Shown here piece by piece: positions 42,370 through 56,477 of a stretch of 64,000 nucleotides of DNA. Source of the stretch: Paramecium tetraurelia (lineage: Eukaryota); the NCBI GenBank assembly GCA_000165425.1, contig CT868658.1, positions 248,001 through 312,000 of the forward strand, in the 5' to 3' direction. The notes beneath the pieces were generated by a model that saw nothing but the letters and a program-made list of their open reading frames with translations, did not search any database and had not been told where the DNA came from. The first letter of the stretch is position 1, and every line of letters starts with the position of its first letter. Made by a program: the position numbers and the translations under genes.

Positions 42370-44949
42370 TCATTTATTTTTAATTATGATACGATCCTTA
42401 ATTTTTTCTTGACCACTTTAATGAATTTATCCTATTTTTGTATCTGATATTATTGGCTTTTGAATAATAATATTAGGTTGGTTTGTATTCCCTGAGGCGC
42501 TTTTAATGATTTTCATGGAACCAGTTTAGGCCTAAAAATTTGTATCTAAACTTGGTTAAGGTTTATCTTAACTCAATACTAATACTCTCTTAGCATTTTC
42601 CTATATCACAATCCTTGGGGTTTCTTCTTTCTTTTCAATTACATTTTCAATTTATTATTAAATTACTGGTTGAACCTATGGCTAATTGTTCACAGGGGGT
42701 ATTTAAATTTATTAAGGTGGAACAATCTAGACAGGAACACTTTCTAAAATTTAAATATTTTCAACTATTTTAACCGGCTCTTAAGTTTCTATTTATTCTT
42801 TATGGGGAGACAAGGATACAGATTAGCTATAAAATTCATTTTCATACTAATATTATCTTCTAGGTTTCACATCTTCTTAATGTTTAATATTTTTTGAATT
42901 AGGATTTTATGTTATTTTAATTTCAACTTATCTATTTTTTTAACTCTATGATGAAGAAGAACTTTTTCTTTTAAACTATGTTTTAAAATCTTAATTAATA
43001 GTCTTATGTTTTCTATCCTTATCATTCCTTTTCTCTCTGTCTCTTCTATCATTTGAATAGTTTGGTTTTTCTCTTGACCTATCCCTCGATCTTTTTCTTC
43101 TTTTATCTTCATAATGATGAACATTCTTATCCTTTTATTGATATCGTTCATCTTTTTTTTCATATCTATTGCTTCTATATTTTTCTTTATCATTTTATCT
43201 ATCTTTATCATTTTATCTATCTTAATCTTTTTCTCTATACTTATCCTTCTCCTTCTATCTTTACCTTTCCTTTTCTCTTTCTTTCTCCTTTTCTCTTTCT
43301 ATTTCTTTCTCCTTTTCTCTTTACCTTTCCTTTTCTTTTTCTTTTTCCTTTTCCTTTTCCCTTTCCTTTTCCTTTTCTCTTTCCCTTTCTTTTTCTCTTT
43401 CTTTTTCCCTCTCTCTTTCCTTCTCTTTTTCTTTCTCTTTTTCTCTTTCTCTTTCTCTTTCCCTTTCTTTTTCTTTCTCCTTCAGTCTTTCCCTCTCTTT
43501 TTCTCTCTCTCTCTCCTTTTACTTCTCTTTTTCTCTCTCTCTCTCTTTTTCTCTCTCTTTTTCTTTTTCCCTTTCCCTTTCTCTTTCTTTTTCCTTTTCT
43601 CTTTCTCTTTCTCTTTCTTTTTCCTTTTCTCTTTCTCTTTCTCTTTCCTTTTCTTTTTCCCTCTCTTTTTCCTTTTCTTTTTCTTTTTCTCTTTCCTTAT
43701 CTTTCTCTCTTTATTTTTCCTTTTCTCTATCTTTTTCATTGTCTTTATCCTTTATTTTTTCTTTTTTATCTTTTAATTTAATCGGCTCTTATTCATCTTC
43801 AATTCTATCATCCCTATCCCAATCTGTAGTTTATTTAGGATTTATATTATTTTTCATTTTCAATAATTCTCTATCTCTCTATTCTCTTTAACCTTTCGCT
43901 CTTTCTCTCTCACGTTATTCCCTTTACTATTTTTCTTTTTCCAATCTGTCTTTATCTTTAAATCCGACTTCAGTCTATACTTATTCTATATCTATTATGT
44001 ATTTGTATACTGTCATCAACAAACTCTTTATGTTATTGCCATTTATTCTAATCATTTCTATTTTTTCTATCTCTGCTTCTTCGATCCTCACTTTTTTTAT
44101 CTTAGCTTCTTTTGCTTCTATCTCTGCTCCTTCTATCTCTACTCCTTCTACTTTTATTGTGTCTATCCTAACTATCTCTATAGGTGTCTTTTCTTTCATT
44201 TTGTTCGTGTTTTCTTTTTTCTAATTACTTCCCTCTATCATCACTTGGGTCTTTGCTTGATTTTCTCTTGTCATATGATTTCTCTTTATCTCTACTTCTA
44301 CTTCTGCTATTGCCTTTTTTCCTTAATTTTGACTCATCACTATGGGTAGGATATTTTTGTTGTGTTAATTAATTGAATTATAATGGCAATTTAATATCCT
44401 GTAAAGGTTAAGGCTTATAAGGCTTTTATTTTTAAAGAAGTGAATAAAGCTTAAGATTACGATAAGTTAATACCTCTTCAGCATTTGATCCTGATAATTC
44501 TTCGACTTCTTTACCTTAATTCACCGGCAATAAGTCGTTCAAAACATTTTTAATTTTTTGGGTCTTCTCATAGCTTAGCACTCCTTTGAGTGTCCAATCA
44601 ACTTTGAAAAATGATTCGTAATTGCCTTTCAAATTACTTAGATTAATTTTTTAGTCTTCCTAATTTTGTTAATATGAAGTAATACAGTTAACATTTCAAA
44701 TTAAATGGATTAGGATTGTAAAATCCCAAAGGCTATGAATGATTTTTCATCCACACAATTGAGGAATATTCCAACCGATTTGGACTTTTCCATAGCACGA
44801 TCAATTAGTTTATCAAACTTTCTTTGTATGAAAATATGCTTGTTGTTTAAGCTTGAGTCAGCCTAGGCCTTTGACTTGTATTTAACAGTAAAGAATTTGC
44901 TTTAGGGGGATTTAAAGATTTCTAAATAGTGACATAGTTTACCTTCCAT
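42370..44949 (-). CDS. Divergent YTH-domain protein with long RE/RD/KE low-complexity region
   Basis: SKFFTVKYKS...DRAMEKSKSVGIFLNCVDEKSFIAFGILQS...FFKVDWTLKGVLSYEKTQKIKNVLNDLLPVNQGKEVEELS, followed by RS/RE/RD repeats. Confidence 0.7.
43240..43780 (-). repeat. Polypyrimidine (plus strand) / GA-rich tract encoding RE/RD/KE dipeptide repeats
   Basis: About 540 nt almost exclusively C/T on the plus strand, lying inside the YTH gene. Confidence 0.9.
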
Positions 44950-44994
44950 TTTTAATATCAATAATAAAAATTATAATTAAATCTATAATCTTAT

Positions 44995-46216
44995 TCAATT
45001 AATTTTATTTATTTCTTCTTCAATCTCAACAAGGGCTGGTCTCTTTTATGGATCGTAATCCATCATTTGCTTGACTACTTCGTAAAATTTGGGAAATCTT
45101 AGTTTAACCTTCTCCCAATCTGATTTAAAGATATTCTCATAAACCTATTCTTCTATTGGTCTATCTTTTTATTTAGAATAGAGTTTATTTTTATCTCTTA
45201 ATAATATGCATTAAATGATATATCCTAATTGCCATATGTCGTACGATTCCTCATAATGATGATCTTAAGTTCCTTCAGGCGGTTGATACTCAGGAGTACC
45301 AATATAATCAGATTGGAATTCTCTCACAGATTTCACAATTTAATTATTATCAGATCTATCTAAATCAATAAGAACACATCTCATATTTTAAATACTATGA
45401 TTGTCGTTAAGATATTCAAACATAATGTTTTAAGGTTTCAAATCTCTATGAATAATTTGCCTGTCATGAAGACCCTTTAATGCTAATAACATTTATTTAA
45501 TTAAGTGTATCAAGTCAATAACATTTACCTAATTTTTGCCTATCTCATTATTTAAATCATCTAAAGTTATGTCATAATACTTCATAAAAATAAATTGTTA
45601 AGGAAGGACATTAGTGTAACAAAACAACTTTGTACAATTTTCCAAATCATGAACTCTCTCTAATAGTCTAATTTCTCTATGTAAATATTGTATCATGTCG
45701 TATTCGGAAATATATTTAATCCATTTGACAACAATTTTATTTCTTTAAGAATTAATGTAATATGGTGTTTCAATGAGATACACCCTTGAAAACGGTTGAT
45801 CATACATGATCTTTATTATATTAACATTAAAGATTCTCTCTAAAATGTGTTTTTCATTAATTTTAGTTTAAGAATCTTATTGTCTTTCTTCAAAGATATG
45901 GTCATAAAGATAATTAATTATTAAATCGAAATAATTTGGTTTGCTAAAAGTCTCTTACATAATATCAAAACCTAAAACATGAACTAAAAAGTATTGAAAT
46001 ACAATTACATAATTAAAATAGTATAACATCAAGGCTTTGTTTTTTTTTATCACCTTCTTGATCCTCTTCAAATATAAAGGTATTCACATCGTCTTCAATA
46101 TTTTTATTTACATAAATCTAATCAAGACTCAAGCTTTTCAAAAAGTTAGGGTTTCTCCCATTACATTCCCGTAAAACTAAATTAATGATTATTTTACGAT
46201 TTGTGATATGAAACAT
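44995..46216 (-). CDS. Divergent protein kinase
   Basis: VVK, HREIRLL, HRDLKPQNIMF, DLD in place of DFG, YIGTPEYQPPE, DIWQLG. No Gly-rich loop. Start is approximate. Confidence 0.75.
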
Positions 46217-46633
46217 TATCTTGCTTAAATGCTAAACACTTAGAGGATTGTTTGAAATTCTATCCTTTAAACTGATAATTTCAAAATTCAGTTTTTAATT
46301 CTTTCTTAGTAATCCATGTATTAACATTGGGAAAGATTTTCCATTTTTTGTTTCGAACATTAATAGAATTATATATATTTAATTTATAAATATTTTGTAT
46401 TGAAAAAATTGTTTTTACAGGGAACTCAATTAATTTAAGTAATATTTTTCTATCATAAATATGAAATGAAGTAATTAATATTATTATTATTAAGAAAGGT
46501 TTAAAATACAAAATATATTATTTTAAAATCAACGCAGATGAACTTGTGTAAAGGATCAATAAAACCTAATGTAATGTCTTAGTAGGCTTTTATTTAATAT
46601 CAATAATGAATATAACATAAGATTAATTATAAT

Positions 46634-47764
46634 TCATAATTATGTCACTTAATTCAACCATTACAAGAAAACCATTTTATCAATTTTTTTTGTTCTTAGA
46701 ATGATTTTATGATTTAATAATTAATCAACTGTTGCTCTCTCTTCAGGTTTCAATTTCACACTAAAAATTAAAAACAATATGATTACCACATAGATATGAA
46801 GTTTTTCATTTCCGCAGAAATCTTTGCTTGAACGCTTTCAATATTAAATGAACTAATTTCATTAACCATATCAATAAACTAGGTTTTCTAAATAGGATGT
46901 TTTCCCATCAAGCATTCAGCTGTTAAAATACCAATTGACCAGATATCAGAATCTCTTCCATACATTTCTCCATTCAATCTTTCAGGCTATTTTAGAAAAT
47001 AATTCATACGGACATATAAACTGCAGTTCCAACGTAAGTCTTTCTTTATTGCATTGTTTCTATTGTACCTGAGATACCGAAATCAGTGATCTTGATTTCC
47101 CCTTTCTTATTTACTAATATGTTTTATGGTTTAATGTCTCTATGAATGATTTTCTTTTTATTATGCAAATAATCGATTCCTAGCAGGATCTGATATAAAA
47201 GCAAGGCCATAACAGGTTCATTCAGATTTTTAACTTTCTTTATTAAGGAGTCTATAGAGCCGACATCCATATACTCTAAAATGATGTGCAAGGTTCCAGA
47301 TTTATAAAATGCTCCGTAGCATTTGACAACATAAGGTGAACTACATTCTAAAGCGAGTTTCAATTCATCAGAGAGTTGCTTCAAATATTGTGGATCTGAA
47401 GCCACAGGAATTTTCTAGATACTATGCAGTCAATACTTTCATTGCAAAATATTATCCTGTCACCTAATCTTACACTTTTTCTACCTGACCTGATGCCCCC
47501 TGACCTAATTGTCCAACTGTTACTAAATTTTCAAGTGATAAATTATGAGTGGATTCAGAGAGTGAAAAGTCCCATTAATCATGTGTGTGAGTAACTTTGA
47601 GCCCTTGGCCATTTAAACGAAATTCTTTTAGAATCAGAGATCCATTCTCAGAGCTAATTTTTATTAAAAACTAAATACAGATTTAGTACAGGTTAAGCTT
47701 GTTCTGATTAAAGACTGATCTTTGCAACCTAAGGTTTTTTTTTCTTCAAGTCAGGTGTTTGCAT
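46634..47764 (-). CDS. MAP kinase kinase (STE7/MEK-like)
   Basis: LGQGASGQV, SPYVVKCYGAFY, ILEYMDVGS, HRDIKPQN, DFGISG, TYVGTAVYMSPER. Confidence 0.92.
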
Positions 47765-48169
47765 TTAGTAAATTTAAATTAAAAATATACATTAATTTTA
47801 CATTCATTTATAATATTTATATATATATCTATTCTCAAGAAATTTCAAACTTGAGAGATATAAAAAAGAGTCAAAGTATTTATCAACAGAATTATAAATC
47901 AATTTGTCTTTTAACTGAATTATATAAAGTCAATCAAATATAATTATGAATGTTCAATTAAGTGCTTGAGAAATAAAGTTGTAAAATACCAATGTAATAT
48001 TTATTTTACAATATCAAAAAGTTACAAATAAATGAGAATATAGAACGAATTCGTATTATCGATAACAGAAATTATCTTTGATGCATAAACTTCTGTGTTT
48101 TACTAATTTCAAATGTTCATTCCCCTAAATACTATTTAATGTTAAAATTATATATATATTAATTAAATC

Positions 48170-49182
48170 ATTTAAGTATTCCTCATAAATAATTGATCTT
48201 TTTCTTTTTAGCTTCATCCCTAATTTTCTATATGCAAATTTTCAACCCTTATTCAAACTTTTTATCAAAAGGTCTTAATTCATTCTCTATAAAATTCTAC
48301 AACTCTAATATTTAGATATAATTAATACCAATTTTATGTTCCTTCTAATGAGCAATTTTGCAATTCAGATAATCAATTAAAATGAATTTACAATGTTAAT
48401 ATAAAATTGCCTGTTAATCTTCTTTTTTATGAAGAATATCTAGCTTATTAAATTTATTTTAGAATTCCTCTATTACATTCTTTATTAGTTATTTAAGCAC
48501 CATTAAAAATTTATCTTAATTTTAATTATTTATTGTCATTTCTCTCAATTACCAAAAAGTGTCAGAGCTTTAGTATATTTGTGCCACCAACGGTTCTTCA
48601 AATTATTCTAAATCATCACATTTTATTAAGGCAAGCATTTCAGTTTCTGTAAATTTGATTTTTTATGGTTAAGAATATTTAATCTCTTAGTCAAATAATT
48701 TGCAAAGTCGTTCTCCAGAATCTTATTTTAAAGCAAAAATAAAAGATTATATTCCAATTATTTGAAAATATTAGATTATATTATTCTTCATATTCTCTTT
48801 TTCATCACCATCAAAAAAGTCTAACAAATTAATCACTATTGTAATTTTATCTTTATATCTTTCAAAAGCCTACAGTATATCTTTGCATGAGTCTTTTAGA
48901 AATGATAGACCTTTTGAGCAAATAGCAACAACCATTATTCTAGAAATCTAAATATTTTCTAATAGGTTTAAATATGTTGGAATTGTGTTAGCATTAACAT
49001 CATATCCAAATCCAGGAGTATCAATTAGCGTAAATCCTTATCCGTATTAGGAGTCTTTAACGAAGACTTCAAGAGTTAAACTGTCTCCTCTAAGTTGGGT
49101 TTTTAGATTGGAGTTAGTGATTTTATAAAATTGTTGTGAGACCTGAACCAGTTTAACCTGCCAGTAGCACCACTTTCTTCAT
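48170..49182 (-). pseudogene. P-loop GTPase-like (AIG1/septin-like) gene with a damaged Walker A
   Basis: MKKVVLLAGQTGSG followed by L/TT with no Lys and a frame break near 49130. Downstream frame has LIDTPGFG. 3' end approximate. Confidence 0.55.
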
Positions 49183-50292
49183 TTTAATATTATTTAATCT
49201 TCTTCTCTTCTTCGCTAATTCATTCTTTAATACCCTATTATTCTATTAGTATATTTCTTATATTCAGAATATTTTATAGTTTATGTAATATTTTCATTTC
49301 AATATTGAAATACTATTTAATAAATAATACATTGTTTTAGTCTTTACCTATTAAAAAATATTATAAGCAAGTTATTAATTATATGTGTATAATATATGAA
49401 AGGTTATTGTGTCATCCTTAGTTGTACAAAATATAAATTTATATCTAAAAATACGAAATCAAGGATATTCAATGATACGAATATTGAGATCTTACGTATG
49501 ATAAATTATTAAAGCAATTACTAGAATAAAAGAATAATAGAAATCATTTTGAGCGGATGAAATTTTGAAGTGTTAATTTTTCTGTTTAGATTTGGTTTTC
49601 TTCTGGCTGATGCTAGGAAAATATACATAAGGATGCTAAATAGTAATTTTTCAAAATTAGGCTCTTAGATTTCAAAAATAAGATTAATGATGCACTTTAA
49701 AGAATTGAATAAAGATTGATGCACTGGTTATTTTATAATTCAAAAAATTTGAACCAATAAACTTAATTTATGCATCTTTCCTTTCCTGTTTTAAATTCTC
49801 CTTTATTTTATCAAACTATTCTTCATTATCAGTAGATCAAGGATATTTATAATTATTTTACTGAGATCACTGTAGTACTCTAAACAATAGGAATTATTTA
49901 ATTATATCTTAATCTAATTAAATCTTAATATTATTTGATTATTAAAAAGAAAATTAAATGCATCAAAATCTCAAATAAGGCTTTTGTAATGATAATAATA
50001 ATAATTTATCTTTCAAAATAAAATAATTTGAATAAAATGTAGATCAATTAGAATATATATTACTTTTTTTCTAGATTTAATGCTGTTTTTCATATTGTAT
50101 TAATTATAGGAACTAGATAAGGAGACAGAATAATTATTTTGAAAAATATATTTATTATATAAAAAAAATCATCGCAATATCAAATCATTTAATTTAGCTA
50201 TGAATCAAAAATATTGCTTTAAATCTTATTTCTCTTAACAATGTACTTAGTTTTGGGACAACACTAAAATTGATAAAACTCAAAAATACATA

Positions 50293-51692
50293 ATGGAAGA
50301 TCTTTACTATATTTAGACTCCTTTTGAAACTATTCCTTGCAATTTGAGACTGGTCAAGAAAAACCTGATAATGGAATAGGATGATGTAATACATACACTT
50401 ATAATACATAGCGATAGTATAGTACGAACGTGGAAAATGCAGGATTGGAATTAATAACAAGTGATTTCAATAACGATTAGGGAGTAAGAATTACGAAGGG
50501 AATTTATACTTTTGAGTTTTTTGGTAAAATAAAATCTATATTTGATCAACTCAAAAAGACATGCATCTAGTTTAATTTCACTCAAAGGTATTCAATAAAA
50601 AAAATGATTGCAAAAGGGACATTCGCTACAGTAATAAATTATGTATATTCCTAGATTTATTTGGCGGAGTGCAGATTCACCCAGAATGAATATGCAGTGA
50701 AATGTTTCGAGAAACGACATATTTCTAATGAGAAGGACAGGAAGAATTTAACAAAGGAGATGTAGATACTTCGTTTAATGAATCATAACTAATTATTGAC
50801 AATATACGAAGTTTTCGAAAATTCAAGTTACATCTACTTCGTATAGGAGTTGCTAAAGGGAGGAGACTTACATGATTACTTGGAAAGAAGTGAGAAATTG
50901 AGTGAATTAAAGGTTTCTCAGATAATTTATAATTTATTGAATGGGATCCAGTATATGCATTCCCAAGGAGTGCTCCACCGAGATATCAAGCCTGAAAACT
51001 TGATCCTGAGATAGAAGAACAATTTAAATGACATAGTAATAGGAGATTTTGGACTTGCAGACTTTTACAAATTCGATGGAAACTATTTGTATCGAAGATG
51101 TGGAACACCAGGGTACGTAGCTCCTGAAATACTTCGTGGACAGCCATATGATTATAAGGTCGACATTTACAGTATCGGCATACTGTTATACATACTGCTA
51201 TCTGGTAAGAGACCATTTGTGGGTAAGAACAATCAACAAACTGTTAAATTGAATGAGGCGGGGGATATTAATTATGATGATATTGATTGTAGTTCGGAAG
51301 CATTGTCTTTGATGAAAAAGATGTTAGAGACACAACCAGAAAATAGAATCTCGATAATTTCTGCAAAATAGCACCCTTTCTTTATGAATGCTCAAAAACG
51401 AGACACTCAAAAGTCAAAGGTAACATTGAAGTTGGATGTGAAATGCGTATAGCAACAAGAACATTTTTCAGTATCACCTATATTGACTTCCAGACCATTA
51501 AATAGACATTCAATGATAAATAATTTTACTATCCATACTCCAAGACAACTCCCCAGATTGAGTCACGATGTGAAAACTATTATAAAGACAGAACAAAATG
51601 AAGTTCATAGATCAACCTTATCTCGTCAAATTTAAAGCAGAGCCAATTTAAGATTAAACAACTAATTCAATAATCTAAATATTTTTGTGTGA
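50293..51692 (+). CDS. CAMK-family Ser/Thr kinase with PH-like N-terminus
   Basis: IAKGTFAT, YAVK, HRDIKPEN, DFG, CGTPGYVAPE. Confidence 0.9.
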
Positions 51693-51999
51693 ATGATAAT
51701 ATGTGAGTATTGAATACATGTGTAGAAATGGCAATAATTTTAGTTATTAATATATTATTTCCAATTACAATCCTACCTGAAGATGATCAATAACACCATG
51801 GGAAGTAATTTTATTCTATCTTTTGATTTTTTCATAAAGTAGAATAAAATAATAATTCTCCATGTAAATCTACTTATATATCTATAACTCAAGATATATA
51901 TCAAATTTGATATGATTGGTATTACTAAATTGGCCTCAATTTATTGTTATTTTAGACAATTTCTGTTGTTATAGATTAATAAAATAATCAAATCACTCA

Positions 52000-53236
52000 T
52001 CATTGGTCTTTATTAGGAACAATCGCCAACATTAAGCATATTCCATCCCCTCCTCCAATGACACATTTGTTAGATGTATTTGCAAAGTCCATAGTGTATA
52101 AGCCTATATTTAATAATGACAAAGAAGAACCTTTATTAAATCCGCCCAATTGCATTGCTTCCTTATAAGATCCCTTTATTCTATCAAACATCTTGAGTTC
52201 GTTTGTTCCATGAGCAACTCCTCCAACGCAATATCCCTTTCCTTTTCCAAATTAAGACCCATATATAAATGCTCCAGCTGAATCTACCTTCTCATCCCAC
52301 TTGATATTCTCTATCAGTTTCTAAGTACCCAAATCCCATATCTATAATTGTTCACTCATTCTGTTTGCCCCTGTCAATATTGTACCTTCTCTAATGTCGA
52401 TGGTGTCACCTGCAATTTTTGGACCCACAATACATCCAGCCTGACATTTTTGTCTTAAATCCTTGGATATCATTTATAAAACTACCCATATAACTAAATT
52501 CTAATCCCATCCCCCACTGATAACTAAGTTTTTCTCGTAAGGCACAATTTTAACACTGAATAATTTATTATTGTGACCAGGTTAAACCCATTGTATGGCT
52601 TCTAAAGTGGCTTACAAGGTTTAGGCCTCAATATCATACACTCTAACCTAAAATAGCTGGAGAGTTTCATTACTTTACAATCCTTGCCGCAAGTTGCTAA
52701 TTAGTTTTTTAAAGCATCGATGCAATAAACTTCATTATCATCCTCTTCTTTAAATTCATAGATAGTAGAATCAGTTTTCACATTTTTATACATTATGGTA
52801 CCTAATTTAGAGGATGATCATACCATCGGTGTTAGCTGAAATTAGGACTTGTCTCATTTTGGTGGATTTTTCACTTGAAAACCATCTAGGAATAGTCTAA
52901 AATACAACCTAAGGGCAGTGCAGGGCAATTTCATATTTGATTTAGAACTGAGATATGTATAAAATGCTGTCTTTTCACCTAAGGTTGAATAACACAGTAC
53001 TTCTGGTGAGATCGTAAACACATACTGATCCATTAGAGCATCCCAGAGCCAACATAATGTCATCTTTGTCAAATCGGGAAGAATGTATTTCAGAATCTGA
53101 TTTAAAATATCCTTTGAGAAAGAGACGCGACTATGGGTCTTTAATTCTATTAGATAGTTTGTATAACATACTAAACATTTAGATTAAACTTGGCCTTTAG
53201 CTCTTGCGTGATGGTGTCGTTTCGATTGTAATCCAT
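52000..53236 (-). CDS. WD40-repeat protein
   Basis: GHNNKLFSVK..LVISGGWDQN, ILTGANRMSEQLQIWD. Several introns. Confidence 0.85.
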
Positions 53237-53247
53237 AAAATTTTAAT

Positions 53248-54609
53248 ATGAATTTTTTTATCATATCAACTCTTGCATTAATTTCTTATCTAACATTGGA
53301 TATAATCTTTGACAATTATTTGTGGACTAGAAACATTGATTTCACAATATTCCTACAGAATAACACATTCCCAGGAGAAGAATTAATGTTTTAGTTTTTC
53401 TCCTATGTTATTCAGCTACCAATTATATTGGGAGGATTATAGTTCATGTTGTCTAGCAAAAAGGTAGAATCTATTTTATACATCTTTTTATGTGTATTCG
53501 GATTTACAAGTAATGGTCTATTGAAAAATGCTTACCATTAACCTCGACCATATTGGGTTGAAGATGAAATCATTGGGTATTTTAAAATAATTATGATATT
53601 TCAGGATTGGATGCAATATGGAATTCGGTAAACCATCTGGTCATGCTTAAACTGCAGTCATCATATATTTCTCATACCTATTCATTTTTTATCCATTCAC
53701 TTTCAGATTGAATAATTTCCAAGTTTTAGACAGCGAGGACAGGAATGCTGAAGAAGAGCCGTAATTGAGCAACCGATTAGTAATAATACTAAAGGTTTTC
53801 GCCTTTTTATGCATAATTATGACTGGACTATCAAGAGTATTCCTGGGAGTACATTCTATTGGGTAAGTCGCCTTGGGATGGATGTTTGGAGTTTATATTG
53901 TTTTTAACTATCAGATTTATTGTCATCAATTCTTATTGCAGTACTAATTCCTTATAATAAAGCTACATTAAAAATCAATTGTAAATAAAATTTGACGATG
54001 ATGTTAAATTTTAAAGAATATCAGTTACTATCAGTGCCATTTTTATTCTTATCATTGCGATTGATGTCACCTTACTTGAGTTGAATCTCAAATTGTTTAA
54101 TCAAAACGAAAAAGAAGTTGACAAATGGCTACTCAAAATCACTCAATGTAAACAAGCAGAAGTAGGTTATTTTACCAAAGATCATACAAATGTATTATAC
54201 AATGCTTGTTTCTTACATGGGACATTGTTCTCATTTATATTTTCATTCATCTTAGGATGCTTCTTTAGTTAGGGGAGCTTTAATTCAATAGAGTACTACA
54301 ATTAAATGGAATAAAAAACTGTAAATTTTAAGATATGTAGACTGCTCTTCTTTATGCCTATGCTGCTACCTTTACCTTTATTGTTAATCTAAACATACAA
54401 CGTTTATTTAACAGCCTTTCTTATAGTACTATTTCACATAATCTAGTTTATCCCAGTCATTTGTATTGAATCTTGGTACATTACTATAATGTATCCAATT
54501 CTATTGAAAAAATGCGGATATCAAGTCAAGGGAGAATTTTTGGAATAAAACTTAGGTTTTTATGAGTAATTATCTTAAAGTTGAGGAAATGGAACTGGCA
54601 TTTGTTTGA
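53248..54609 (+). CDS. PAP2-superfamily membrane phosphatase (G6Pase-like)
   Basis: All three motifs: KNAYHQPRP, PSGH, SRVFLGVH. Multiple TM helices. 3' end is either ~54584 or 54609. Confidence 0.88.
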
Positions 54610-55682
54610 TAATAATATTTACGTTGTTAATATGTGAATCCCAATTATTCAGTTTATTCTCCTTAAATGATTATTTATTCTACTCTAATAAGATGCATTC
54701 AAAGCATTTGCTTATCCAAGCATCAATAATTTATTACTAAATATACTTAAAGAGAGTCTAATCTAAATAATAAAAGTAAATATACATAAGTGATCAATCT
54801 ATATAACAGTATAATCAGATAGGAAATACATCTGATTTAATAGAAAAAAGTTATAAAATCATTTAGGCTATTGATTTGTTTGTTTTGATTAGAATCTTAA
54901 AGTTAAATTAAAAATTAAAACCGATAGCAAACCAAAAAGTTGAAGTTAGCTTATATTAAAGAATGAGCTAAACCAAAATTCCATCTAAATCAAGTCTCAA
55001 GTATCCTTAAGAATGTATTGATGCAAGTGTTAAAAAAACTCAAACTTTAAGTTGTTATACCTTTTTCGAAAGTCAACAAATCAAAATAAATTAATAGCAA
55101 ATCTTATCTTAGGATATAATAGATCTAATTATTTATTTTGAGTAAAGGAGGTAATGCTTAGAAGTAGAAATGTTGCCTACAAGCAGTTTTCTAAAGAATT
55201 GCCAGTTTATGCATTATAGAATAATGCTTAATAATTAAAGGACTATAATTAGAATTTATTCAATTTTGGGGAAAAATTTACTATTTCAATAAAAAGTACA
55301 TCCGTTAATTAGCTTTATTAAATATTGTACACAGTAATACAATCATAATAGACGACTAGGTAATTTCAATAAATTCAAAAATGGTACAAATAATTCTCGA
55401 TCAAATAATAGAATTCTAGCATTTATGGGAGGTTGGGTTTACTGTAGATTCTGAATGATAGAATGGATATAGGATACTATTGCTCCTTATTAGAAGTAAG
55501 ATTTGATTTGTAGTTTCAGAAAATCGTATTGCTTTTTTAGAACGAAGAATCTATTTAGATATGAAGTGATTTTAATATTTATATGATTTGATTCATAAAA
55601 GTGAGAAGAATATAGCTTGAATATTATAATTAGATATTTTAAAATGATATGGGATATATTAAGTTGGTAGTACGAATTCATT

Positions 55683-56327
55683 TCAAGCGCATTGCTTAAA
55701 GAAACAAAATCCATTGGCATCATTTTTTTAATCGTTTCCTCCATTTTTGTTCTAAATTTATAGTAGATTGAATACCTTCTTGTTATTACTTAAACTATTG
55801 CTATAAGAGGTTCTTTGTTTAATGGAGGAATCTTGTTGGTTGGGTTGAGACTGTTGAGTCTGGTTGGATTGGTTAGTTGGAGCAAATGTTATTTGTTTTT
55901 CTAATTGTTATTAATTCTGGTTTAAAACCAATGCAAACACAATTGCACCAGTGTCAATGAGTTATTATTCGTTGTCCAAGGCTACATATAACGAATTAGA
56001 TTACCTGGCAAGTCATCTTTTGGTTTGCCATTCTTTTTTGCCACTTTCAATTTAAAACGATCTGCGGAACCTTAGAATTTAAAGGCTAATAATGATTTAG
56101 ACTTTATATATATACAGGGATCTTGGATATTGATTTATTCAATAGAAAAATCTATACAGTCACCAACAGTGAAAATGCTGGGTAATTCGAGTACAATTTG
56201 TTTGAGCTCTTCCTCGCCAGGCTTTTGATAATGGATAGCATATTTTTTATTGTATTATGCTTGATTGCCCTAAAATGGATGATGAATATTAGGATACTTC
56301 TGAATGATCTTGTGGTCTAAGATTCAT
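55683..56327 (-). CDS. Small protein with a SIN1/Avo1 CRIM-like motif (paralogous family to 4821-5603)
   Basis: FKLKVAKKNGKPKDDLPALDNEQQLIDTGAIVFAL, C-terminus GFCFFKQCA*. Confidence 0.65.
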
Positions 56328-56477
56328 ATTATAATTAATATAATATTAAAAATAAATTTACAATAAGGATGTCTTATAGGTGTTTCAATTTATCACAGTA
56401 CAAAGAAACATTAAATGTGAATATATTCATTGTGTATTTGAAATTGAGTAAAATAATAATACAATTATTTAATAAAA

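Noticed and set aside
43053..43781. 242-aa and 220-aa plus-strand Phe/Leu/Ser/Pro-rich ORFs
   Set aside because: They are antisense shadows of the RE/RD repeat in the minus-strand YTH gene, since pyrimidine tracts contain no stop codons.
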